From a virus, in the IMG/VR virus record IMGVR_UViG_3300035670_010029: 64,000 bases of DNA; one strand, given 5' to 3'. Position 1 is the stretch's first letter. Each line of letters opens with the position of its first letter. Under the pieces are notes generated by a model. That model saw only the letters and a program-made list of their open reading frames with translations, was not told the DNA's origin and did not search any database. Positions 52,901 through 58,050 of the stretch are shown here, piece by piece. The translations under genes and the position numbers were made by a program.

Positions 52901-54427
52901 ACCCCCACCAAAACCACCAGCAAATTGTGTTAAAGCACTAACCCCCCTAAAAGCTGCCATAATACCGATTAAAGGTAAAACACCTTTGGTAGCATCAGCA
53001 ATTTTGATTAGAGCGCTTGCAAGATCAAGACCCAATCTAACCATTGTTTTAAAGCCATCACTATCACCTACGCTTCTCACTAAAGCTGTAAATTCTTCTC
53101 TAACTTTTTGTATTTGAACAGCTAACGCTAGTTGACCTTTGGCCGCGTCTGTAGCTAATGATCCTTGTCCTTGTTGAGCTACCTTAAGAGCATCTTGAGC
53201 AGTGGCGAATTGTTGGATAAGAGGAAGTACTTTACCAATCTGACGGAAACCACCAAGCTCTTCAACTATTTGAGAGAACTTTAAGTCTCTAGGATCCAAT
53301 CTGCCTAATCCTTCGGCCAATCTTTGAACAGCAACATAAGGCCCAACGAATTTACCCTCTAGATCAGTTAATTGAACACCATACTCTTTAAGAGCTTCTA
53401 TAGTGTCGCCTCTTTGTATTCTGGTAAATATTGTTCTCAAACCAGTAGCAATAGTTTCTGCACTTTCGCGAGTAGTAGCTCTAATACTAGTAAACACAGC
53501 CAAAAATTCGTTTAAGGCATCGGTGCCTGAACTAACTCCTCTACTAGCAGAAGCAAACACGCCACCAGTACGCTGTATAGCAGCAATAAGGTCGCTAGCT
53601 TCTACTGCAAACCCAGCCGCTACAGCATTGATACTACCTAAAGCCCCTTCTAGTTGATTGGCACTAATACCAAACTGTCTCATCAAAGCAATAGAACCTT
53701 CTACTGTTTGATTAAGATTATCAAAAGATGGAGCTAATGCACTTTTAGCTAAGGCTTCTAGTGCTTTTCTGGTATCTCCCGCAGTAAAACCTGCCTGAGC
53801 TAGCGTTACCGATACTTGAGCCAAATCTTCTGACGCAACACCCATAGATGTAGATAATCTGGTAATCTCAGATGTCATACTACTCAAACTGGCTTTGCTT
53901 TCATTTGTTACCTGACTCAAACGAGTAATCTGACGATCAAATTCTATATATTGTTTTATACCGGCACTTAACGCATTACTAAATCCGTATATAACAGATG
54001 TCACAGCACTAAAGGCCGCAAATCTTCTTACGGCTAACCCAGCTTGTCTTCCGAAGTCTTCAAACTCGGTACGCGTTCTTGATACGGCCGCACTAGCGTT
54101 ATTAGCACTAGAAGCCAACCTTACCATGGGAGCTTGTACTGTTTGCGGTAAATTAACATTACCAACCGATCTCATCGCAGCTGCCAAATTAGTAAAAGCT
54201 TGCGCTGCGGAGGTTGTTGACGATGTGGTTGCAGCTAGCGTGGTATTAAGAGTCCCAAGACTAGTATTAACTTGTCTGATTGATCCTAAAGTTGTTCTAT
54301 TTATATTCAGATTAACATTAGCATTAATAGAACCAAGTTGTCTACGAATATTATTTACTATGGGACGAATATTGGTCGGCCCCCTAAGATTAATTTCTGC
54401 GGTTAAGCTGAATCCTCTTGCTGCCAT
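37916..54427 (-). CDS. giant tape measure protein (5503 aa) with embedded enzymatic domains
   Basis: N-terminal TP901-type TMP core (FDRQITRLSQVT...LAQAG...GTGLRTI-like ATGLRTIFTRI); long Ala/Gln helical regions; six PAMLTPGEFV-type modules; located after tube and chaperone genes; AGGAG SD. Confidence 0.92.
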   Translation of the reverse strand: MAARGFSLTAEINLRGPTNIRPIVNNIRRQLGSINANVNLNINRTTLGSIRQVNTSLGTLNTTLAATTSSTTSAAQAFTNLAAAMRSVGNVNLPQTVQAPMVRLASSANNASAAVSRTRTEFEDFGRQAGLAVRRFAAFSAVTSVIYGFSNALSAGIKQYIEFDRQITRLSQVTNESKASLSSMTSEITRLSTSMGVASEDLAQVSVTLAQAGFTAGDTRKALEALAKSALAPSFDNLNQTVEGSIALMRQFGISANQLEGALGSINAVAAGFAVEASDLIAAIQRTGGVFASASRGVSSGTDALNEFLAVFTSIRATTRESAETIATGLRTIFTRIQRGDTIEALKEYGVQLTDLEGKFVGPYVAVQRLAEGLGRLDPRDLKFSQIVEELGGFRQIGKVLPLIQQFATAQDALKVAQQGQGSLATDAAKGQLALAVQIQKVREEFTALVRSVGDSDGFKTMVRLGLDLASALIKIADATKGVLPLIGIMAAFRGVSALTQFAGGFGGGFRGTRRAQDGGRIYGFARGGIVPGSGNADSVPAMLTPGEFVVNKRAVNKYGRGNLVRMNRYADGGPVLVSDLLNRSGAAAIAKAIGSTNLEADDKVSIKIKPKTVKLEDQDFLKIWNTAENQAAQGSGHYKSYAGIDISQKNRDILRELSGKNRSEQKQIKQSYGQQTSDSISRLQSAEGRWGLAYEQLLIEKLSGQWEKASDKTNYPVDILKRLKNNAISRIGEVKFRTTKTDDADLISKLLRYRIEKKSVNRYFKENLPAPKIDDVNIGTLDYYWAGDTKKQFYDFINKQQQQKTPGFIKGGQIKAFAEGGKSQYTWAENKSFYDSANAKRTWYDVFEHGDKGASEVIYSGSFDEVLNFLQKKRTQNPEQQVVNEKFVGGFIQKFMTGSPGGVKQTQESFGTGETKFPRRITNAYAKQIIKEQQAAEWKQLASNVPTDERISIDDQAVGSRMTEPFDRAAFLASFKGKVKRDSLLKSIGDFAKFIGLPQEDLSVALPAQIDFGNAGSIGRKVIGGGLFNDSPLGSRGSEGWDLSVFGYTDKDKQDLFGYEKLVEEKKKLQNKILKTPIETFDDGSFSYDREAFVSVFDEIKTLQKKISDIKGKERRAIEAAVESKKQTMSATGRGSISLGTAFDKPGQDVLYHELTHQLFSGLRARSAESFSKYRERVDFLFNTDNDGLADAFDALSSGNGGGYTSADVVYGRKYKQSLLESAQLQNIRLRDNPEKRNPEMEKELASYIKASDDAKKAREYRPINPGVNQTLLSAGFEQAHITRTEDNGKEEFLTTLVQKAPVLDSKLQSVLDSTLSELLGSTGIKRQEYKVGGKAKKSTDKVSSVSKLLAALQTYSTTNKTFFGEVTPEILAVKGLPKYLSQIENEYGVSSAKVLGAGGENVSFDIGNEVLKISRTGFGIQQIAEDVGFRKKQIKEIGNYQLPEGMEHVSGYRKVKTFGKLTAAIQDKVRISDTEKGMKDAELLQGKLAERGLHWIDAGGSNMGYTKDGKPTVIDGMVLTKAYMDKYLSEDAVEDIEGDSFGSMYEWAKDIKKRKGKPRFSLGGMIQKFAEAGAVKEAPRIRDRVSALAQTKGQSIQETLLEQLRGLGGPAGVRTILGIGAGDSRTRSVLNANNIKANKGIEIAKDYVNRALFVSGKSDAAEAKRIASLTQVAIAGLLPMGYSDTNEWVLPESSKTIYATIKGFDKEYLPAAQQMSRETALAARNFAENVQYTKIFGGKEKLVFDFDETLVSGTDILNEEGKPDIPRYSDRTVVEEYLKGGRLTRLGAKLKTLIDADPEFIKNTRILTARPASTVDLLAQSLQSFGLPYQASDITGVGGEGVKVPRAKAQNLAQTEKLIDDSLDNIRAVQKSKKSGFLYTEPQAKPELDELMGQGNIEGAVIEKALAILGANLPPIETLESNRAIDFPGGLGRAAQFFGLPDNIPTEIKRTLNGSAFEKARGEFDRYYKEQAIGLADGGTVPALVSNGEAYVPPKLAKRIGYGKLNKMNQADRNGMGRFADGGISVFKGPGTGTSDSIPANLPVGSFVIREKATKALGLNRGGAVGVERFFLGGRSRGPSARPEVINADTIGATTLATTALTQLADVLTQLGVSGSESARLLNRSYQATAAEARRAAEADFNMARAAGASAETLYDLQQAINNANRAAQAELDIQQRLGNITGQAIQDALDAVEGRIEALRQAEENVLRTTPGTSGSPRTEEEVQAELRAGAAVRSRTAYEDIATGGGLGTSIDLSTLNATGDDLARVLQNLTRDARTLEQMDQRYIQTRRATIDAELRAGRITQDQAQEQVRAINEEIRARRTAIEQAAASRGERGPDEQRNFDRQASLALSFGVITVGNIIADSINAKSSAIEAGISGGIRGGSQAFSYTQAAIGELDNFTQNLRNTNSRFAGFASRLLRGAKAVQVVAILGQVALDAYNGVRQFYIELSKNKIEQALNGISEKFDKLNQDLTQVNLRQSIQSNLIDASRSADNLRTRTLDTASAGWINGLDVLFSSIQGNGASRQAAVRSQVLEKEGTIEYFRTLFGGADTYEAKAGKMVGAQAQESSQSFQPIAEGINQLIQARIKSGENVGDILGSAEFDDFARSLVYADTALNKQIRQIELSTGLTEKRKKELIEEIITIEGANKTRQAAAVAQREKDQKNLGAMVSVYTRSLKRMFTNMEQAINATAFSLKSMSENIDLTTAALQGQAKVGNIDLASANIIENPRSYGAGRVSAAQSSAGSLFGNRQPEMQQLMNLGETVENTVMSTINDTLKNQGPDSSNEVIARAVDKNIRAELKGLGLPPELADKLAKEVGSTLVDLRKSGDDKVDFAQLSEKLAGLNSVIETAKDAQSVAIKALQNYQNILNQYANNLNKIIDLEISARERSRKSIDITADSQLELSKTLNRTISVADVFAKRNASVGRQTGGITDPADIFNAVLKLNRTREIQQSSVQQSAEKGPAGVQDFVRFNNDLKATNISLRENRAALEEMANNTEKASAAMNAMQEAQQKATGRISFLEKVVTSTPDELESLNQSLYRLQRNMNGQQNTIQNSIGAQKAYQDAINNGASAMEAMRAAQTAFANERKDTLGALQDILPFLGDNQQANNTRANVLETMLQESGMGVSPMFQQILNSLRNPEQDPATAAAIQYYNQAIAEQSAATRLLGQLDQNLANDIASKNSKAIIDGLTNTILTFQNRELSDIGRNINTLVSIAQQPKPPVGGAGAVPPVAGIATGGLVYAAEGQLVNFQPRGTDTVPAMLTPGEFVINRSATQKHLPLLQQINNNSLQSGGRVGYYNAGGLITNWGKPDNIKQQGMLTEKPIIEPTDSAAEIWQKGSSNIYDLPNSYTLSFGASNALPTSSFDLNADNIIDKSMGSVRVGATPTIVKQGRDQYDYAKNDAAAQASSRIRGGLAKVKDNNSLYLGLGAFTGKQIFQAQEKEYQDKVKTMLLGIDGGPKPESILDKSLYRDKPPTTADFPDPTPNKWESTLVDKSYGVSFDKPYIGASSDQIQKSQAFKVWYYKRAFYNPAGWAPGMAMAVSVNKPSFVTGSPYADTEWSSESWEPHNGQTPSFVSEPMTKQQHILPGFKIDEANTKNHKPNYELYKNTLEFLQGRLGYVDDGSGQALGDKLSALFNNTQQYISLTGSELSPLDELITQGASSAVVAQPSLEPSFRTAIESVQANIERARRDRVKFGLVGAPPAKFDPEFNLGKPFVLTDEINRISKSFPVMINGNIEDYLGQTFMDEAKKNTLNAKGVVSSSLISDNIKLTLPIPINGKNPSIDVPIAYEKYTGQFYDATTGKFDPNRTIDTLLPNNIVGTLFNTLDKSQRRLFTAKQYGPNDIINASSINDPKLLQDFQDLIKMRVNKDPNAEQQAAKVASQLNLTFGQGTSLTKYLGSISSGADVFTDISQQPLSVNIGEFVLDKLAQFQQEMSLSAGKVDQSKITKGSVLTDADLPQATAALIRGSMALFGGLRLPGVSAGWLSNAGAPQAIRLALGGNPKGASQYMSSILNQAGTYVSQLQNRANSIQSYNALDNIMTMISGAANAFGAIAGGDTALLKQFYDAKAPIAGVFRSFGMSARAGKVAGLQLSPDWKNILGNQLQGTQIKVVGRDGTLTPTNLAGAIPENATVNDLVKVLFNPYNEFNGTKVRSGLIQKFGDDLFNLRGPNGMPYFDQITLGFIREGLYRLMNWYGGKGNWVGQDYFFDAMAQPDNAARMSNFAASFANDGQKYYDDAMQAHMFFGFANAFGALPSLSWFASRGAVAEPVNRAMGGIIYAQNGANLVNFQPRGTDTVPAMLTPGEFVVNRSATQKNLPLLKAINSNTLSSGGIVNYLADGGTAQNKLWIQSKNPLIAGLGWLGGVGEATGRAAYGAANVVAGAGISVAGRAVQGGSYLLGSESGQAAGQAFAQVGEQALVQGAYSTVELGQALAGSGPIQTGEQTALQVGDAARVESVRQGMGESAAAITEGAQTVGFVASQAAQALSSMGFSTGTSLAGKGAQALSVVDRLSDVGSMVSGAQKLPLIGNVVKGISSLGTNITPSIAKTIIAAGEAMPTFKSWLNNLGEGANKLGFVIDNLDIFAEAAVNPQTAKILEDAPSFGDAIKQLRPNRNAGTKTATQTVSVPNKADDVTDSASLATKASDNSDIIKLPKAQRLLVEDRLNQFKAMVQDAQSNRINAYIDNVEKELEFGIDSIDNFIRNNTATQKAYQDAISSGVSDSDALKAILYKDSGIEEFTDKAMKQGWSVDLGPPLKVSRNDDVIEGIISKDMESDTVWQQTRTKALADAEQGLSKEGRRALSKGIDDPSIKFEDRSWFDWTRNKTKNILGGRKKYIVGALALGGIYAATQLANQNTKPVSKTPDNINPPSPDNPIINKPEQANNDAAMQKIAMGAPPVMNPEELPIADGELPNYYDELTYKEWLNNLIKNGSAPQPPIKNLFKTPALYVKEKSLSFQDNKFVEKNESGRFTAFDERDGGSIVAGSVEKNKKLLLNAQTLEQKKLAQNARNNAGLGRGSYKSFGGLVNYLSEGGKPRQYLGVDSDQGGMPWPGSESSSPATIPETTTNDTFNDASGLPSIVNRDGSPLRTIEEGDRSTRAIFAAKGIESQFKSAYNYYQRKLGEYNYYNTKNDSMRSKWLASFDKKNKAKPKPKPDQVLGDIPDTVYASEGMLVPYQPRGTDTIPAMLTPGEFVVNRQATQSHLPLLHKINSGAYNKGGAVSYLSEGTKETKEEKVERLKAEREKIKAERIAAATAKRQAEQARQDAIRSRSEERGSEVLKERLAKSPQAKAREIANQRGKALEISREQGISPQVAMRQLVAGAAPVAAQRQAPAQAAMPQISPQTQQRVSQAAQAAFDPSNAGNVNKQLTIFGTLLTGVNQVMTQFGAIMQQIVAGGGVNNGVQANGVGGLDGLGQFTAKFDQFITQLSKLNLPPEINVNGNHKVEVVVNGAQALQELLDGPLSGLIRREVQSAFSRLNAESEGSIPDPTKQ
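38718..52885 (-). repeat. six dispersed GG..(GTD)xxPAMLTPGEFV modules in the TMP
   Basis: Copies at about 52750-52885, 48441-48502 (PALVSNGEAY), 48263-48370 (GTSDSIPANLPVGSFV), 44549-44707, 41375-41585 and 38718-38902. The last three share QPRGTDTxPAMLTPGEFVxNRxATQxxLPLLxxIN. Confidence 0.9.
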
Positions 54428-54442
54428 AGTTAATTATCTCCT

Positions 54443-54480
54443 AAAAAACAACGCCACGCACAGTAAATATGCATGGCGCT
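54443..54480 (-). terminator. intrinsic terminator-like hairpin directly upstream of the TMP RBS
   Basis: Minus strand reads AGCGCCATGCA-TATTTACTG-TGCGTGGCGTT-GTTTTTT-AGGAG; 11-bp stem with two G-U pairs that only form on the - strand. Confidence 0.7.
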
Positions 54481-54513
54481 ATTATTGTAATCAAAAAGAT
54501 AAAGAAGACACAG

Positions 54514-55398
54514 TTATGTAGTGCTGGTTGTTGCTTCGGTAGCAGCTGTAGCTTCATTGGTAACTGGTGCTTCATTAGTGGTCTCAACTGTTTTTGCTTC
54601 CTCTTCTAAAACTACTGGCCGACCATGATCATCTAAGAACGGCTGTGTCTCAACGAGATATTCTCCATCCTCGTCAACCCTATTACCGTCTTTATCAACA
54701 TACTCACCTGCCTCATTAATATACCTACCGTCTTTATCTACTAATCTGCCTTCACTATCAATTGTTCTGCCCTGTTTGTCAATAAATCTTAAATCATCAT
54801 TAACAAACTTATATTTTTTCAAGAACTTATTTTCTGGTAAATTTTTCTCAAAATTATTATCCAAGCCATAAATCATATTTGCTAACTTTTGCGCACCAGC
54901 CAAGGCTACAGGATCATCAATGCGATTCATATAGTCTTCAAGGTTAGCAAAATACGCTTTATCGCTATCTTTATACACCACACATACCGATACCAAATAA
55001 TTAAACCTAGCATTATCAGCTTGGCCTTCAGCGCTATGATTGTCTAAAGATGTCCTAACACTAATTAGCTCTCGTATTTTATTTCGTACATCTCGCATCT
55101 TTATGGCCAGTTTTTTAGCTTCTGATAAAGCAAAACCACCCTTAGCTAAACGTCGCTCTCCGTCTAAAAGTTCTTGTTGCAGAGTGGTGTATTCGGCCTG
55201 TTTTCCTGCGTTCCATAATCCTTGATCTTCTAATAGATCGTCCATTTTGGCTCGTACCACACTTTTGCTTTTTATAGCATCAGTGAAAGCCTGATTATAA
55301 ACTTTCTGAGCTTCTCTTTGATCGTGTAATGTTGGGGTTCTAACCATAAAAGTTTTTTCTTCCCCGTTGATTGTAACCTTAAAGTCCTGAGTTTTCAT
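54514..55398 (-). CDS. putative tail assembly chaperone with C-terminal 7-aa D-x-x-G repeats
   Basis: Immediately upstream of the TMP; helical; IDKQGRT-IDSEGRL-VDKDGRY-INEAGEY-VDKDGNR-VDEDGEY. Confidence 0.6.
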   Translation of the reverse strand: MKTQDFKVTINGEEKTFMVRTPTLHDQREAQKVYNQAFTDAIKSKSVVRAKMDDLLEDQGLWNAGKQAEYTTLQQELLDGERRLAKGGFALSEAKKLAIKMRDVRNKIRELISVRTSLDNHSAEGQADNARFNYLVSVCVVYKDSDKAYFANLEDYMNRIDDPVALAGAQKLANMIYGLDNNFEKNLPENKFLKKYKFVNDDLRFIDKQGRTIDSEGRLVDKDGRYINEAGEYVDKDGNRVDEDGEYLVETQPFLDDHGRPVVLEEEAKTVETTNEAPVTNEATAATEATTSTT

Positions 55399-55451
55399 AG
55401 TATAAAACCTTTCTGATTTTCTTGGTAATGTAAATAGTGAAAATAATAATA

Positions 55452-55760
55452 TTATTTATTGTTTGATCCACGAGGTTTGCCAAAATTATAACTGTAAGAT
55501 TTGTGACAACCAGGACCCCACTTATCAAAATCTTCCTTGAGCTGTCTAATCTGAGTATTACCCTGATTAAGAATTTGATTACGTGTAAAATCCCATATAT
55601 TAGCAAATTTTTCTTCTTCTGCAGTCAAGGGTATACTTTCGTCTTTGTCTAGACCCCAAAGAAAACCAAGATTGTCCTCTACTCTAGCTAATGCCCCTAT
55701 CATAGTTGTTTGTATTCTTTTTTCTACAAAATATCGTAGTCTGTCCAGATTTTCTTGCAT
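55452..55760 (-). CDS. hypothetical helical protein (tail assembly region)
   Basis: 102-aa ORF with AGGAAGG upstream, between the tube and TMP genes. Confidence 0.6.
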   Translation of the reverse strand: MQENLDRLRYFVEKRIQTTMIGALARVEDNLGFLWGLDKDESIPLTAEEEKFANIWDFTRNQILNQGNTQIRQLKEDFDKWGPGCHKSYSYNFGKPRGSNNK

Positions 55761-55782
55761 AATAAATGATCCTTCCTATTAA

Positions 55783-56823
55783 TTATTTTTTATTTAGTTC
55801 CATTAATCTTTGTTTGATTTCTCTCTGTACGTCCGGTAACTCGTGCTCTTTTAATGCTCTATCGCTATTAAAAACAGCCTGAGTCTTTTCTTGAATGCGC
55901 TGAGTACTTTCCGCAGAATTAAGAGACAAAATGTGTTCTTTTTGCTCTTGGTCCTTCGCCAACAAAAATATTTCGCGTGAATTTTTTACTTTATCACTCA
56001 ATATATTATCTACACCCTTTTGTTGTTTTTGCTTTTTATTTTCTTCCTGCTGTTGAAGCATCCAACCATCTAGCGCATCATCATCTTCTATAATATCGGA
56101 ATCGGGACAATCCGGATGTTCATATATTCGATCATACATAATACTGGTATTAAGTAGTGCTCTTTGTTCTTCTGAAAGTTCTATAGCAGAACACCCGAAT
56201 ACATCTTGTTTATTTGTGTGATAATAATTTCTCCAATAATCACTACGAGCTATTTTTTTATATTGACTAATATCTATTACATTATCAGCTATAGTTTGCA
56301 TAAGACCATTAAAAAAATCATAATCAATATTTTTATGATCAGAAAAAACGATATTTTCTGTATCTCTATAAAATAAAGAATTCAATATAATGTATTGGTT
56401 TTTAATGTTTTCACAATAATTTTCTAAAGTCAAAAAATCTAAACTGTGCTGAGTCTGATAAGCGGAGGACAGCTGTGTTTTAACAGAAGCAACGGTTTGT
56501 TTAATTTTTTTTCGTTTAGTTAAATCCGTCCAATTTTTAAATAGATCTATTTTTGCGGTATTAAGTTTTTTTTCAGTGTTTTCAAGATCTTTTTTGAATA
56601 GGGGAGTTGTTATTCCGTATTCTATCAAAAGATTGGGTATATCTTCTTCAAAAAGAAAATTATTAAATAAATTATCTTCGTACGTTGTCCGATATATATC
56701 GTCAGCCATTCTTTTTAGCTTTAAAGATGGCTTGTGTAGATGATAATACGTATCTTTGTAAAAGAAAAACTGGTCCCCAGACATGATTCTGTGGACCAGA
56801 AATTCTATATCCTTATTATTCAC
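55783..56823 (-). CDS. putative tail assembly chaperone (paralog of 54514-55398)
   Basis: N-terminal half aligns by eye with 54514-55398; C-terminal YDRIYEHPDCP...IIEDDDALDGW. Confidence 0.55.
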   Translation of the reverse strand: MNNKDIEFLVHRIMSGDQFFFYKDTYYHLHKPSLKLKRMADDIYRTTYEDNLFNNFLFEEDIPNLLIEYGITTPLFKKDLENTEKKLNTAKIDLFKNWTDLTKRKKIKQTVASVKTQLSSAYQTQHSLDFLTLENYCENIKNQYIILNSLFYRDTENIVFSDHKNIDYDFFNGLMQTIADNVIDISQYKKIARSDYWRNYYHTNKQDVFGCSAIELSEEQRALLNTSIMYDRIYEHPDCPDSDIIEDDDALDGWMLQQQEENKKQKQQKGVDNILSDKVKNSREIFLLAKDQEQKEHILSLNSAESTQRIQEKTQAVFNSDRALKEHELPDVQREIKQRLMELNKK

Positions 56824-56824
56824 A

Positions 56825-56974
56825 TTATTCTGAAGATTGTGAAATTATTGATTGTTGTAAGCTAGCTATTTCTTTGTCTTTATTTTCTATTTGCTTTTGT
56901 AATTCAGCAATAGCCTTTTGAGACTGAACGATATCTAGATACATTTTACCTATAATACTAAACACTTCATCCAT
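56825..56974 (-). CDS. 49-aa coiled-coil protein missing from the ORF track
   Basis: AGGAGG-6 nt-ATG; MDEVFSIIGKMYLDIVQSQKAIAELQKQIENKDKEIASLQQSIISQSSE*; stop lies 1 nt before the next start. Confidence 0.8.
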   Translation of the reverse strand: MDEVFSIIGKMYLDIVQSQKAIAELQKQIENKDKEIASLQQSIISQSSE

Positions 56975-57019
56975 TTTTGTCCTCCTGGAAAAATTCTTTA
57001 ATTACTAAAACGAATTAGC

Positions 57020-58027
57020 TTATGATGGATTTGTTTCAACCACATCAGTGTAAGCTAAAGCTCCATCATTAGCCAATAAGGTTGAGTCTGGAGCAGTATA
57101 GCAGAAGTCGTTGAATGTCTGATAACTATATGTTACTTCAGCATTACCACCACCAGTGTCTCCACCGGTATAATTAACACTTGTAAGCTTATTCTTAGTG
57201 CCAAGATCTATTACGGTGCCATCGCACAATTTGATAACGATGGTCTGATCAGTAAGAGCTTTTGGGTTATTGCAAGCAGCGTCTGTACTGCCGGCAACTC
57301 CAACCTGATCTCCGTTAGTTGCTGTTTTGGTAATTTCTGTGGTGATTTCTACAGGGAAATTAACATAACGCAAATAGGGCGTTCTACGACCTAACTGACG
57401 AAGTTCTTCTCGTCCAAGATTCATACTGACGGTAATATTGGTGACACCACCCAAGCCTCCTGGAATAGTACTTGTTGCGTCGAATAGGGCTCGACGCAAG
57501 ATACCAACACCTTCTGGACTTGCAAGAGCAGGAGCGTTAGTTGCACCAGCTGCAGCCGATACCCATGTTTTGTCATTACTAACCAAGGTCACTTCTTCTG
57601 TAAAATTACCTTCTGTTGGGAAAGTGTATGTTACAGAACTAAGGTATGCTGGGACACATTCGACCTGAGCCACAGGTACTGTTGTAGCATTTGCCGATAC
57701 GTTATCCGGGAAGATAGAAAGCTTCACACCGCATCTGTTATTGGCTAAAGCACTCAGGCATCCTGTGCCCATAGCCATAGCGTAAATAGTTGGCTGACCA
57801 TCTAAAACCTTATTGAGAGTTACTTCAACTTCTGGAATTTCTTCATAATTATCATACAAAGACAATTGTCCCATTTGATAAATAGGCTCAAGATTGAAGT
57901 TGGTGTTCATACCAACGCTCTGTAGGCCCTGAACGGTGTCCCAAGCTGTACTACCAGTTCCGGTTGTACCCGATGGTCCGTTAAGTTGAACGCTTTGGCA
58001 GGCATAATAAATACGATTATTGGACAT
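57020..58027 (-). CDS. major tail tube protein
   Basis: GGAG SD; Thr/Gly/Val-rich beta protein; E.I.Q.G tube-like motif present twice; sits between completion genes and chaperone/TMP. Confidence 0.75.
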   Translation of the reverse strand: MSNNRIYYACQSVQLNGPSGTTGTGSTAWDTVQGLQSVGMNTNFNLEPIYQMGQLSLYDNYEEIPEVEVTLNKVLDGQPTIYAMAMGTGCLSALANNRCGVKLSIFPDNVSANATTVPVAQVECVPAYLSSVTYTFPTEGNFTEEVTLVSNDKTWVSAAAGATNAPALASPEGVGILRRALFDATSTIPGGLGGVTNITVSMNLGREELRQLGRRTPYLRYVNFPVEITTEITKTATNGDQVGVAGSTDAACNNPKALTDQTIVIKLCDGTVIDLGTKNKLTSVNYTGGDTGGGNAEVTYSYQTFNDFCYTAPDSTLLANDGALAYTDVVETNPS

Positions 58028-58050
58028 GTGTTAGGTCTCCAGATTAATGG

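Noticed and set aside
55379-55606. Alternative-frame ORF as a frameshift extension of a tail chaperone
   Set aside because: It ends just inside the next gene in a different frame, has implausible composition, and no convincing slippery site was identified.
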